Shown here piece after piece: positions 20,006-30,775 of a stretch of DNA of 32,000 nucleotides. The stretch is from Candidatus Saganbacteria bacterium (GTDB lineage Bacteria > Margulisbacteria > WOR-1 > JAKLHX01), in contig JAPLKZ010000005.1 of the NCBI GenBank assembly GCA_026387835.1, positions 243,071 through 275,070 of the forward strand, given 5' to 3'. How positions within the stretch are numbered: position 1 is the stretch's first letter; every line of letters begins with the position of its first letter. Position numbers and translations under genes: made by a program. The notes under the pieces were generated by a model. It saw only the letters and a program-made list of their open reading frames with translations, did not search any database and was not told the DNA's origin.

Positions 20006-20680
20006 ATGAGATTAAAGATCATCCCGATATCTTTGGTGATAGCGGTCACGCTTTTTGCTGGGTTATTACAACTTTAAAAAAGCGTCAAAAAAGATTTTCC
20101 CGTCACATTGGAAGGCAGTGTCCTTCAGTTCGCGTCGAAATACCTCACCCAGGATTGTATGGTTATATCAAAATCAAAACATCTTATTTATTACTGCAAT
20201 AATGGTTTTATCGTGCGTAATGTGTCATGGAAAGGTTTCGACCTGAAATTCCCGGCGCCAATTGCTATCGGCATGGGCGGCAGGTATGAGACACCGGCAG
20301 GGGAGTATTATATCTGCCAGAAAAATGCGGACAGCCGCTTCACGCTTTTTCTGGGACTGAGCTGGCCGAACATCGCGGATGCCAATAAGGCGGTAGAGTT
20401 GGGGTCCAGGTTGAGCGCTTCCGATTACAGGAGGATCGTGGCAGCTAATATTTTGAGGGCCCAGCCGCCCTGGGACACCCCGCTGGGCGGGACATACGGG
20501 ATCCACGGTGCGCCTACATATATGAAATATGCCATCGACAGGATGGAGAAGAAAGATCCGGACCTTATTTATGTAACAAAAAGAGACAATACAAGAGGAT
20601 GCGTGGCAGTGGAGCACCGCTACCTGAAATTTCTATTTGCCAATGTCGATGAAGGCACCCCGGTGCTGATAGTAAATTAA
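20006..20680 (+). CDS. L,D-transpeptidase (YkuD family), interrupted by an in-frame TAA at 20075-20077 after the signal anchor
   Basis: GGTYGIHGAP...TRGCVAVEHRYLKFLF catalytic region. The same frame upstream reads MRLKIIPISLVIAVTLFAGLLQL* then KSVKKDFPVTLEGSVLQFASKYL. The supplied ORF starts at 20108. Confidence 0.75.
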
Positions 20681-20737
20681 ACCTGTGCAAGGAATGCGAT
20701 TTCTTCTATTCCTGCTGGGGAGAGTCCGAATACCCGG

Positions 20738-21982
20738 CTACTTCTTCAGCTTGAAAAGCGTCTCCACATCACCAAAGGCCTCAAAGGTCTCCTTGTTCAC
20801 GTAAACGATGACCTTTTTGGTCTTTATCCATTCCCCTTCCTTTTCTATATGGACGTTGCCTGTCATCGTGATCGTCTCTTTATTGTCGTCATAAAAAGCG
20901 TGGTCCGCCTTTGCGTTCTTTCCTTTTTGGATAACAAATACTTTACCGTCCGCTGTCGCATTGCCGTTCCTTGTCGAGACTTTCAGGCTGTCGCAGTTCA
21001 AAAGAACCCCTTCGCTCATTATTTTTTTTGCTTCCGTATTCCTGATCTTGAGGACGGTCCGTTCTTTAAGAATGTGGCCGCCTTTTTTGATGAAAGCCCT
21101 GACATTTTTTATAAGTGTCGCCGTCTGTTCTACGTCGTCAAATGAAAGCGCGTCCGACGAGGCGATCTTGCTTTTCTGCGTCAGTTCTACATGGCCGTTC
21201 ATCAGGCCGCTGTAATCTTTTGTCGAGAAAGAGAGATCATCGGACTTGATATCGGTCATCACCGCCTTCTTTTTTACGCGGACCCTCACTTTATTGTAAG
21301 CCTTAAGCGTATCCTGTCTGAAATAGCTTTCCATCGTTGTCGCACCTATTGTATAGTCGCCGGCCTTTATGTGCGGGCCGGATGTCATAGTGCCGATGTT
21401 CTTTTTATGGTTTATGTCGATGTGTCCGGTCGTAGCGGTGTATTTCCTGTCAAAGACCCGCACATCATCGGCATTCGACCTTTTCTGGGGTGAGGAATAC
21501 CAGAGATAAGACGCCAGGACCTTCGTGAATCCTTTTGAAGGTTCTTTCAGGACCTCGGTGGTGCTGGCATGCGCCACATCGATGCTTGCTTCCAGAGGCT
21601 GCGGCTCCGCGGTTGATGAGAAGGCCTCTATCCTGCTGTTGTAATTCGTGACGATGACCCTTTTTGCCCGCAAGTCTTTTATTATCAGCCTTCCTTTTTT
21701 GAATACATTTCCTTTGTCGACGTCCTCGAATTCGATGATGTCCTGGCCTCTGTTGGCGGAAAGCCTTTTTGAAGATATTTCCCAGTTTTTTTTGCCGTCC
21801 TCAAAACCGGTGACGCTTATATTGTCAGCGTGCAAAACTTTTTCTTTCCTCACGTCGGAAAGAAGCCTTATGTCGGGCACGATGATATAAAGCAGTGCCA
21901 GGCCGGCCGTGAAAGCGACGGCAGTAAATATAACTGATCTTTTACTGTCCAGACCTTCAAAAAAACGGCGCATTTTTATCAT
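20738..21982 (-). CDS. LPS export ABC transporter periplasmic protein LptC plus OstA/LptA-like domain
   Basis: N-terminal single TM; ADNISVTGFEDGKKNWEISSKR; repeated OstA-like VRNVRAF.../TGNVHIEKEGEWIKTKKVIVYVNKETFEAFGDVETLFK. Confidence 0.8.
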   Translation of the reverse strand: MIKMRRFFEGLDSKRSVIFTAVAFTAGLALLYIIVPDIRLLSDVRKEKVLHADNISVTGFEDGKKNWEISSKRLSANRGQDIIEFEDVDKGNVFKKGRLIIKDLRAKRVIVTNYNSRIEAFSSTAEPQPLEASIDVAHASTTEVLKEPSKGFTKVLASYLWYSSPQKRSNADDVRVFDRKYTATTGHIDINHKKNIGTMTSGPHIKAGDYTIGATTMESYFRQDTLKAYNKVRVRVKKKAVMTDIKSDDLSFSTKDYSGLMNGHVELTQKSKIASSDALSFDDVEQTATLIKNVRAFIKKGGHILKERTVLKIRNTEAKKIMSEGVLLNCDSLKVSTRNGNATADGKVFVIQKGKNAKADHAFYDDNKETITMTGNVHIEKEGEWIKTKKVIVYVNKETFEAFGDVETLFKLKK

Positions 21983-22028
21983 AGAAAAAAGGATACCATA
22001 ATTGACACTTTTTTAGAAGTGATGATAG

Positions 22029-23195
<1,167 letters not shown>

Positions 23196-23246
23196 TGTAG
23201 GGGCGGGGTGATCTCCGCCCGGGCCCGGGAAAAAGAACTAAAAATG

Positions 23247-23280
23247 CCCCGCACTTTGGCACAAAGTGCGGGGTTCATTT
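23247..23280. terminator. strong hairpin between gap and pgk
   Basis: CCCCGCACTTT-GGCAC-AAAGTGCGGGG followed by TTCATTTT; imperfect U-tract. Confidence 0.5.
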
Positions 23281-23298
23281 TCAGAAGGAGGATAAAAG

Positions 23299-24489
23299 AT
23301 GAAGAAATGCATTTCTGACCTGAAAGATAGTGAACTGAACGGCAAGAGAGTGCTTGTAAGGGTCGATTTCAATGTGCCGCAGGATAAAGCGGGCAATATT
23401 ACGGACGACAGGAGGATAAGAGAATCGCTCCCGACGATAAAATATCTTATAGATAAAGGATCAAAAGTGATCCTCGTCTCCCATCTCGGCAGGCCCAGCG
23501 GTGTGACACAGGAGCTGAGGATGAACCCCATAGCAAAAAGGCTCGAGGAACTGCTGGGGAAGAAAGTCCTGAAACTAGATGACTGCATCGGAGAAGAGGT
23601 CGAGGATGCCGTTTCAAAGATGAATAACGGCGACGTGACGCTGCTCGAAAACGTGAGGTTCTATAAAGAAGAAGAGGCGAACGATGAGAACTTCTCCAAA
23701 AAACTTGCCGCTTTGGCCGATGTCTATGTCAACGACGCGTTCGGTACGGCTCACAGGGCCCACGCTTCAACTGAAGGTGTCGCTCATATCCTTCCGGGAG
23801 TCTGCGGGTTTCTGATCAGAAAAGAGCTTGAGTTCCTCGGCGGCGCGCTTACAAACCCGAAGAAACCGTTCGTCGCTATAATCGGCGGAGCTAAAGTCTC
23901 ATCAAAAATAACCGTCATAAAGAACCTGGCTCAGAAGGTGGATACTCTGGTGATCGGAGGCGGGATGATATTTACTTTCATGAAGACCCAGGGTTTTGAG
24001 ATAGGAAAATCTCTGGTCGAAACAAAATTCCTTGACCAGGCAAAGGTAATATGGTCGCAGCTGAAAGGGATGCCGAATTTGAAGCTGATAGTCCCTGTAG
24101 ACCATGTGGTGGTCGCCGAGTTGAAAGCAGACGCGCCGTCAAAAGTCGTGCCAAATGATGGTATCCCCGCCGACATGCTTGGCGTCGATATAGGACCCGA
24201 GACGATAAAACTGATAAAAGATGAGATCAAAAATGCCGGGACCGTGGTCTGGAACGGACCTATGGGCGTTTTTGAGATAGATAAGTTCGCAAAGGGTACC
24301 AACGAGGTCGCAAGAGCGCTTGCCGATTCAAAAGCCGTGACCATAGTTGGGGGAGGAGATTCCGCGGCGGCGGTAGAAAAAGCGGGCGTCGCCGATAAGA
24401 TAACACATATATCCACCGGCGGCGGAGCTTCGCTGGAATTTCTGGAGGGCAAAATACTTCCGGGCATCGCGATACTGCAGGACAAGTAA
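23299..24489 (+). CDS. pgk: phosphoglycerate kinase
   Basis: [46 protein letters not shown]. Confidence 0.98.
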   Translation: MKKCISDLKDSELNGKRVLVRVDFNVPQDKAGNITDDRRIRESLPTIKYLIDKGSKVILVSHLGRPSGVTQELRMNPIAKRLEELLGKKVLKLDDCIGEEVEDAVSKMNNGDVTLLENVRFYKEEEANDENFSKKLAALADVYVNDAFGTAHRAHASTEGVAHILPGVCGFLIRKELEFLGGALTNPKKPFVAIIGGAKVSSKITVIKNLAQKVDTLVIGGGMIFTFMKTQGFEIGKSLVETKFLDQAKVIWSQLKGMPNLKLIVPVDHVVVAELKADAPSKVVPNDGIPADMLGVDIGPETIKLIKDEIKNAGTVVWNGPMGVFEIDKFAKGTNEVARALADSKAVTIVGGGDSAAAVEKAGVADKITHISTGGGASLEFLEGKILPGIAILQDK

Positions 24490-24490
24490 A

Positions 24491-25000
24491 ATGGCGAACA
24501 CAAAAACGCTGGTAGTGATCAAACCGGACGGTATAAAAAAGTCCCTGACAGGGAACATTCTTTCCCGTCTTTCCGAGACAAAACTGCGTATCATAGGAGC
24601 AAAGGTCCTTCATGTGACGAGGGAGCTTGCCGAAAAGCATTACGCGCACCTGAAGGACAAGCCGTTCTTTAAGAGCGTTGTCGACTATATATGCGGCGAT
24701 GTTTATGACGAGCCTTACAGGAGGGTCCTTGCCCTGGTTTATACCGGGCCGGACGCGGTAAAAAAAGTAAGGCAGCTTGCGGGCGTCACAAATCCTGAAG
24801 AAGCCGATGCCTCTTCGATAAGAGGCCAGTACGGCAGGATCACTTCAAAAGGCATATTTGAAAATGTTCTCCACTGCTCGGCAACTCCCGAAGAGGCGGA
24901 AGTCGAGATTAAACTTTGGTTTGATCCGGATGAAATTGTAGAAGCCATATATCCTACAGAGACGATCGAAACCAAAGTTAAAAAAAGATCCTGGAAGTAG
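24491..25000 (+). CDS. ndk: nucleoside diphosphate kinase family protein
   Basis: KTLVVIKPDGIKKSL and C-terminal SSIRGQYGRITSKGIFENVLHCSATPEEAEVEIKLWF. Confidence 0.9.
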   Translation: MANTKTLVVIKPDGIKKSLTGNILSRLSETKLRIIGAKVLHVTRELAEKHYAHLKDKPFFKSVVDYICGDVYDEPYRRVLALVYTGPDAVKKVRQLAGVTNPEEADASSIRGQYGRITSKGIFENVLHCSATPEEAEVEIKLWFDPDEIVEAIYPTETIETKVKKRSWK

Positions 25001-25008
25001 TAAAGCAA

Positions 25009-25079
25009 GGGCCTATGGTTCAGTGGTAGAACACGGCGTTCGCAACGCCGAGACCTGAGTTCGACTCTCAGTAGGTCCA
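25009..25079 (+). tRNA. tRNA-Ala(CGC)
   Basis: 71 nt; acceptor GGGCCTA/TAGGTCC with the G3:U70 alanine identity pair, anticodon loop TTCGCAA, T-loop TTCGACT, discriminator A. Confidence 0.85.
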
Positions 25080-25178
25080 TTAATATTTTTCTGCGAACTA
25101 ACATTATCAGACAATGACAAAACCTGGAAGTGCTACAACTTCGCGGTTTACGGGGGATTTAAGAAGGCAGGTTACCGG

Positions 25179-25394
25179 CTAGATCAAACCTTTGAACGGG
25201 TTGCCGATGAACGCGACGATGATGACCTGGACGCCGTAAAGGATGAGGCTCCACGCCACCGATGAGATGATCCATGACTTTGTCCCTGACTCGCCGAGCC
25301 ATCTCAGTATCCACACTCCGAGCGCAATGAGAGCGATGCCTGATACAATGCCGGTGAAGATAGCCATGGATATATTGTACATCAGAAAAGACAA
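25179..25394 (-). CDS. small membrane protein (71 aa)
   Basis: Two hydrophobic segments; ORF only. Confidence 0.5.
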   Translation of the reverse strand: MSFLMYNISMAIFTGIVSGIALIALGVWILRWLGESGTKSWIISSVAWSLILYGVQVIIVAFIGNPFKGLI

Positions 25395-25518
25395 AATATA
25401 TCGTGAAAAATAATGTGAAATTTATTAAAAAGGCACACGATATAATTATAAGGTCAAAAACCGGCAGATCAAAGCTGTTGTCGGTTGTGATCCCAATAAA
25501 GACAGAAGGAGAAAAGTA

Positions 25519-26067
25519 ATGAGCGGAATTAATGGCGGAAGTTTAGCGGTCCCGGTTACAGCCGATGAATACAAAAGACTGTCAGCCCTCAAAAAAGAAG
25601 GATCTGCAAGAAACACGGAAGTCGGGTCTGCAGGTTTTGGAGAAAGGCCAGTAATCTTGCTGGCTGCAGCGCAGCCGGTCGCATCAGCCCCGTCGCCGCA
25701 GTCGGCACCGGACACTTCGGAACAGAAAAAAATAAAAGGGTTGATCGATGTATTTAAAAGCCGTAACTACGTTTGGATCCAAGAAGCAGTCGAAGCTTTG
25801 CAAAAAATCGGAAGTCCTGCAATCCCGGCCATTGTCGAAGCGCTGAAAGACAATGAATGGATCGTTCGATATCACGCCGCCTATACACTAGGTGAATTTG
25901 GCGATAAACAGGCAGTCCCGGATCTCGTGAAAGCATTGAACGATAGTGAAAGCCTTGTTCGCCTGTCTGCACAACAAGCAATCGAAAAGATAAAAAAAGC
26001 ACAAACTCAACCTGTTGCAAAACCCGGCACCATACCGCTCGAAAAGCCTGCGGGGGTCAAGAAATAG
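25519..26067 (+). CDS. HEAT/PBS-lyase-like repeat protein
   Basis: EALQKIGSPAIPAIVEALKDNEWIVRYHAAYTLGEFGDKQAVPDLVKALNDSESLVRLSAQQAIEKI. Confidence 0.85.
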   Translation: MSGINGGSLAVPVTADEYKRLSALKKEGSARNTEVGSAGFGERPVILLAAAQPVASAPSPQSAPDTSEQKKIKGLIDVFKSRNYVWIQEAVEALQKIGSPAIPAIVEALKDNEWIVRYHAAYTLGEFGDKQAVPDLVKALNDSESLVRLSAQQAIEKIKKAQTQPVAKPGTIPLEKPAGVKK

Positions 26068-26256
26068 GCAGATAAGTCACTTTATAGCTCCTTGAACGAG
26101 ACATAGTTGACTACAGGGACATCCCAGTCGGTGATCTGCCCGATAGATCAGAAAAGACAAAATCCGAAATTCGAATATCGGATGTTTCGCGCATACCCTC
26201 CAATGTGTTAAATAATCCGGAACATTTTTACTTATTGGTGGAGACGGCTAGATCCT

Positions 26257-27543
26257 TCAGCATTCCTCGGGAGGTGTCGTTATCTCCGAAGCTTCAAGGA
26301 TCCCCTTTTCTACATAGATGGGCCTTATTACTTTCCTGATATGCGGCAGGCGTACGTAAAACAGCGCTGATGCAATGAGGCACATGATCCCGTTTATCAT
26401 GACCGCGGTCGGTGCTCCAAGATTGTGGGCGAGCGTCCCGGCGATTATGCTTCCGAACGGCGCCATTCCTAGAAAAGCCATCGAATAGAGGCTCATGATC
26501 CTTCCTCTCTTGTTGTCAGAGACGATAGTCTGCAGCACAGTGTTGCTTCCTGCGATCTGCGTCAGCATCCCGAACCCCACGACAGGCATCAGTATGAGCG
26601 ACAAGATATAAATCTTAGATAGTGAGAACAGGATCAACCCCGCGCCAAAGAGGGCTGTGCCGAAGTTCATCAACTTATTGAGTCCGACGACGCTTTTGCG
26701 CGAGGCAAGGAACAGACCTCCTGCAAGGGCTCCCATTCCCGCTCCGGACATCAGGAAACCGAGTGTCTGAGGCCCTCCGTGAAGGATGTTCTTCGCGAAA
26801 ATAGGCATCAGTATCGCATACGACATCCCTGCAAGGCTCACCATGCTGATGAGCAGGATTATGTCCCTTATCGCCTCATTATGATAGGCGTAAGACAGGC
26901 CATCTTTGAATTCCCTGAAGAAAGGCTTTGCCACTCTCTTTTCCTCAGTGGCCGTGATCTTCATCATCATCAGTGATATTATAACGGCGACATAGCTTAC
27001 TGCATTGATAAGAAAACAGTAACCTTCACCGAACATCGCGATCAGCACTCCCGCGACAGCAGGTCCGATGAGTCTCGCGCTGTTAACCATTGATGAGTTA
27101 AGCGCTATCGCATTTCCCAGGTCCTCTCTTTTGACCATCTTGACCACGAAGGACTGTCTTGCCGGCATGTCGATCGAGTTAACGAGCCCAAGGACCGCTC
27201 CCAGTAAATAAAGGTGCCAGACCTCGATCCTGCCTGAAAGTACAAGAGATGCAAGCGCAAGCGCCTGAAAAAGGGAGATGGTCTGAGTGATGATGAGGAC
27301 CTTCTGCTTATCCCACCTGTCGACCATCACTCCCGCGAAAGGCGCAATGATGAACGCCGGTATCTGGCTTGAGAACGCCACGGCTCCGAGGACAAAAGCT
27401 GAGTTCGTCATCCTATACGCCAGCCAGCCCACCGCGACGGCCTGCATCCATGTCCCGATCAGCGATATGCTCTGGCCCGCAAAAAACAAACGGTAGTTGC
27501 GGTTCTTCAGTGCGCGGAATATGTTCGCAAAAGATCCATTCAT
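26257..27543 (-). CDS. MFS transporter (enterobactin-exporter-like subfamily)
   Basis: RNYRLFFAGQSISLIGTWMQAVAVGWLAYRMTNSAFVLGAV; FAGVMVDRWDKQKVLI; ~12 hydrophobic segments. Confidence 0.9.
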   Translation of the reverse strand: MNGSFANIFRALKNRNYRLFFAGQSISLIGTWMQAVAVGWLAYRMTNSAFVLGAVAFSSQIPAFIIAPFAGVMVDRWDKQKVLIITQTISLFQALALASLVLSGRIEVWHLYLLGAVLGLVNSIDMPARQSFVVKMVKREDLGNAIALNSSMVNSARLIGPAVAGVLIAMFGEGYCFLINAVSYVAVIISLMMMKITATEEKRVAKPFFREFKDGLSYAYHNEAIRDIILLISMVSLAGMSYAILMPIFAKNILHGGPQTLGFLMSGAGMGALAGGLFLASRKSVVGLNKLMNFGTALFGAGLILFSLSKIYILSLILMPVVGFGMLTQIAGSNTVLQTIVSDNKRGRIMSLYSMAFLGMAPFGSIIAGTLAHNLGAPTAVMINGIMCLIASALFYVRLPHIRKVIRPIYVEKGILEASEITTPPEEC

Positions 27544-27625
27544 GACTAATTTTATTATATCATCAGCGGTGCGTCATCAAAGAACTTCCGGTCGGCGTCC
27601 GAATAAACGACGAAGACGATCTTAA

Positions 27626-28339
27626 CTACCTGCAGTAAAGGTCGTTCTCTATCCTGTTCAACAGATCTGTGCGGTCATCGCTGACGGACATGTTGGTGAT
27701 GCCTCCGATCGCCTGCATCACGGTGGTCACATCCTTCATCGATGATTCCGCGTCCTTGAACTGATGGTCGCGCGGTATGTAGTACACAAAGACGATGGTC
27801 GGCAGTCCGGCGGCACTGATCGCGTTACGCGTCGTTGTGACCTCTCCGGAAGAAGTCACGATCTCAAAATCCGGAAAAGGCCGGCCGTAGACCGCGGAGA
27901 TCATGGTCAGGTCCATTTTCTTGCCGGTCCTGTCACCTGAAGTCCTCCCGTTCTCGACAACAGCCTTAAGCGCCTCACCCATATTTTCGATATCTCCGAG
28001 TATCCGGTTATCCTCGAATTTGGTATCCCTCATCAGAAAGCATTCGAAAGCGCCGAAGCCGTTCCTGTCAAGAAGGACCGCTTCATCCTGGCGCAGACCT
28101 TTCTTATTGATCCAGTCCGCAAGAAATGCCGGTTTTCCCCCGGCTTTATTTGTGTCCCAATTGAGTTCCGGGGTGTAATAGAACTTGATGTCCTGGAACT
28201 TCGATTCATTAAAAGTCGGGTTTTTAGGGCCCAGATTGATGGCGACGACATTCTTCGGGGCGTAGGGCATTGCAGCGAAAGAGACCGCGGACAGCACGGC
28301 GGCAAATATGACGGCTGACACGAACAGGTGTTTTTTCAT
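27626..28339 (-). CDS. secreted protein of unknown function
   Basis: Signal peptide MKKHLFVSAVIFAAVLSAVSFA; 237 aa. Confidence 0.7.
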   Translation of the reverse strand: MKKHLFVSAVIFAAVLSAVSFAAMPYAPKNVVAINLGPKNPTFNESKFQDIKFYYTPELNWDTNKAGGKPAFLADWINKKGLRQDEAVLLDRNGFGAFECFLMRDTKFEDNRILGDIENMGEALKAVVENGRTSGDRTGKKMDLTMISAVYGRPFPDFEIVTSSGEVTTTRNAISAAGLPTIVFVYYIPRDHQFKDAESSMKDVTTVMQAIGGITNMSVSDDRTDLLNRIENDLYCR

Positions 28340-28468
28340 TTTCTTTTCTCCTTTAATACCACATAATACACTTTATTTTAGTATAATTTCAAGGGCGGGG
28401 GGAAATATTAAACTTTATCTTGCATTTTTCCATTGACAACGAGTGCCGGAATGATAAAATATCTATAA

Positions 28469-29326
28469 ATGAAAAAACTGATCGCATTAATACTGGCGGC
28501 ATCTTTAATAGCAAACTTTACTGTAGCTTCTGTTTCAGCAGCGAAGAAAAAAGCCCCGAGAAAGCCGGGGAAGAGGATCGTCAGGACCGTGAAGAATAAA
28601 AAGGCCGTGAAGAATAAAAAACCCGCGAAGAAGACAAAAGCTGCAAAGAAGACGAAAGCCGCAAAGAAGACAAAAGCCGCAAAGAAGACAAAGGTCACGA
28701 AGAAAGCAAAAGCCGCGAAGAAAAAGATAACAGCAAAAGCTGCGAAGATAAAGAAAGCCGCAAAGAAGCCGGCTTTAAAGCCGACACTAAAAAAAGCTCC
28801 GGCAACACCGTGGGTGCCGCCGTTACCTGAAAAAGTAACTCCTGCCCGGGTATCAACTGCAGCGGCAATTCCGGTTGTCCCGTCACCATGGGGCTTGACC
28901 ATAGGGGCTAACTTTGGCGTGTCCGCGGGTCTTACGGCTGCATCGGCAGTGTTAGATTATCCGCTCACAAGATTTATCCGGGGTGCGAAGGTGAGGTTAG
29001 GCGGAGATTATCTCACGGGAGCCAGCGGAAAGGATACCGACCTGAAGATAGCCACGCTGAAATTAGGCGGCATTTACGCGCTCGATATGCTCAAAATGCA
29101 GGACGTGCCGGTCGACTGGTACATCGGGGGCGGGATAATCGTGCCTCTGAAGGTCAGCGGCGGAAGGACCGGTTCATACGGCCTTGAAGCTTATATCGGC
29201 GCTAACATCGCGGTATTTGATATTGGCGCCTTTAATGCGCAGTTTGGATACTCTGCAATAAAATATGGCGGTGCTAGTGCAGCAAAAGGCGGCATAGCGA
29301 CGATCGGATACGCGTACACGTTCTGA
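28469..29326 (+). CDS. outer-membrane beta-barrel-like protein with a histone-H1-like Lys/Ala repeat N-terminal region
   Basis: Signal peptide, then (KKTKAA)n; C-terminal half with alternating strands ending in FGYSAIKYGGASAAKGGIATIGYAYTF (terminal F). Confidence 0.65.
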   Translation: MKKLIALILAASLIANFTVASVSAAKKKAPRKPGKRIVRTVKNKKAVKNKKPAKKTKAAKKTKAAKKTKAAKKTKVTKKAKAAKKKITAKAAKIKKAAKKPALKPTLKKAPATPWVPPLPEKVTPARVSTAAAIPVVPSPWGLTIGANFGVSAGLTAASAVLDYPLTRFIRGAKVRLGGDYLTGASGKDTDLKIATLKLGGIYALDMLKMQDVPVDWYIGGGIIVPLKVSGGRTGSYGLEAYIGANIAVFDIGAFNAQFGYSAIKYGGASAAKGGIATIGYAYTF

Positions 29327-29363
29327 CCGGTTAAAATAAACCCCCCTGTCACTTCGTGACATC

Positions 29364-29383
29364 CCTGCCTGCCGGCAGGCAGG
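29364..29383. repeat. perfect 20-bp palindrome CCTGCCTGCC/GGCAGGCAGG
   Basis: Read directly; flanked by a GTCAC-ttc-GTGAC hairpin just upstream. Confidence 0.85.
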
Positions 29384-29520
29384 TCTCCTTGTCAGGGGAG
29401 AACTAAAATTTGGATTTCTATTTTCCCTGCCCAAGATCAAAATCGAGTGAAATTTATAAAAAATACCATCGATACTCTTTCAGCCGATGACGATCCGGAT
29501 ATTAAAGGGAGAAAATAAAA

Positions 29521-30774
29521 ATGCAGACAACTAGGACTTCTTTTGCAGCAGCGTTAAGGACGAGCAGCAGGATCGATGTCGCCGCCAGGATAACTTCGGC
29601 AAGACTTTATTCACCTAATGGTGATTATTGGAGATCCCGTGCCAGTATTCCGGGAGCTGTCCGTGCATTAAATGAAAAAATAATAGATAAGAAAATGGTC
29701 GCGGCTATATTTGCTGATGACAAAATGCCCGTTGCCAGGGCTGCGGATATATTAGCTAGAGTAGAAATGGCTGCGGGAATTTTGGCTGATGTCAAAATGT
29801 CTATTAGCAGGGCTGCGGGTATATTAACTGATGACAAAATGCCTTTAGAGAAAGCTGCGGGTATATTAACTGATGACAAAATGCCTTTAGAGAAAGCTGC
29901 GGGTATATTAGCTGATGACGGTATATTAACTGATGACAAAATGCCTTTAGAGAAAGCTGCGGGTATATTAGCTGATGACAAAATAGATTTAATGAAAGTT
30001 GCGGCTATATTTGCTGATGACAAAATGCCCGTTGCCAGGGCTGCAGGAATATTTGCTGATGGCAAAATGCCTGTTGCCAGGGTTGCGGGAATATTAGCTT
30101 ATCTCAAAATACCTGCAAGCAGGGCTGCGGGTATATTAGCTGATGACAAAATGCCTGCTAGCAGGGCTGCGGGAATATTAGCGCATGATCTTATTAATCC
30201 TTGGAGGGCTGCGGGTATATTAACTGATGACAAAATGCCTGTTGCCAGGGTTGCAGGAATATTAGCTGATTACAAAATGCCTGTTGCCAGGGCTGCGGAT
30301 ATATTAGCTGATGACAAAATATCTTTAGAGAAGGCTGCGGGTATATTAGCTGATGATAAAATGAGTCTTTGCAGGGCTGCGGATATATTAGCTGATTACA
30401 AAATGCCTGTTGCCAGGGCTGCGGATATATTAGCTGATGACAAAATATCTTTAGAGAAGGCTGCGGGTATATTAGCGCATGATCTTATTAATCTTTGGAA
30501 GGCTGCGGGGATATTGGCTGACGGGAAAATGCCTTTAGATAGGGCCGTGAGAATATTAGCATGTGATCTTATTAATGTTCAGAAAGCTGCGGGTATATTA
30601 GGTGGCGGCATAATGCCTATTACCAGGGCCGCGGATATATTAGCCGATGAAAAAATCTCTTTAGATAAGGTTGCAGGCATAATCGGGGAAATGCCGGACG
30701 TAAACGCAATTTACATCTTAGCTGAAATGGGAGACGAACTCGTAAGACGAATTATTGAGAAGATAGGAAAATAA
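29521..30774 (+). CDS. tandem 14-aa repeat protein (consensus AAGILADDKMPLEK)
   Basis: 417 aa, ~24 repeat units of 42 bp, including truncated ones. Confidence 0.85.
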   Translation: MQTTRTSFAAALRTSSRIDVAARITSARLYSPNGDYWRSRASIPGAVRALNEKIIDKKMVAAIFADDKMPVARAADILARVEMAAGILADVKMSISRAAGILTDDKMPLEKAAGILTDDKMPLEKAAGILADDGILTDDKMPLEKAAGILADDKIDLMKVAAIFADDKMPVARAAGIFADGKMPVARVAGILAYLKIPASRAAGILADDKMPASRAAGILAHDLINPWRAAGILTDDKMPVARVAGILADYKMPVARAADILADDKISLEKAAGILADDKMSLCRAADILADYKMPVARAADILADDKISLEKAAGILAHDLINLWKAAGILADGKMPLDRAVRILACDLINVQKAAGILGGGIMPITRAADILADEKISLDKVAGIIGEMPDVNAIYILAEMGDELVRRIIEKIGK

Positions 30775-30775
30775 A

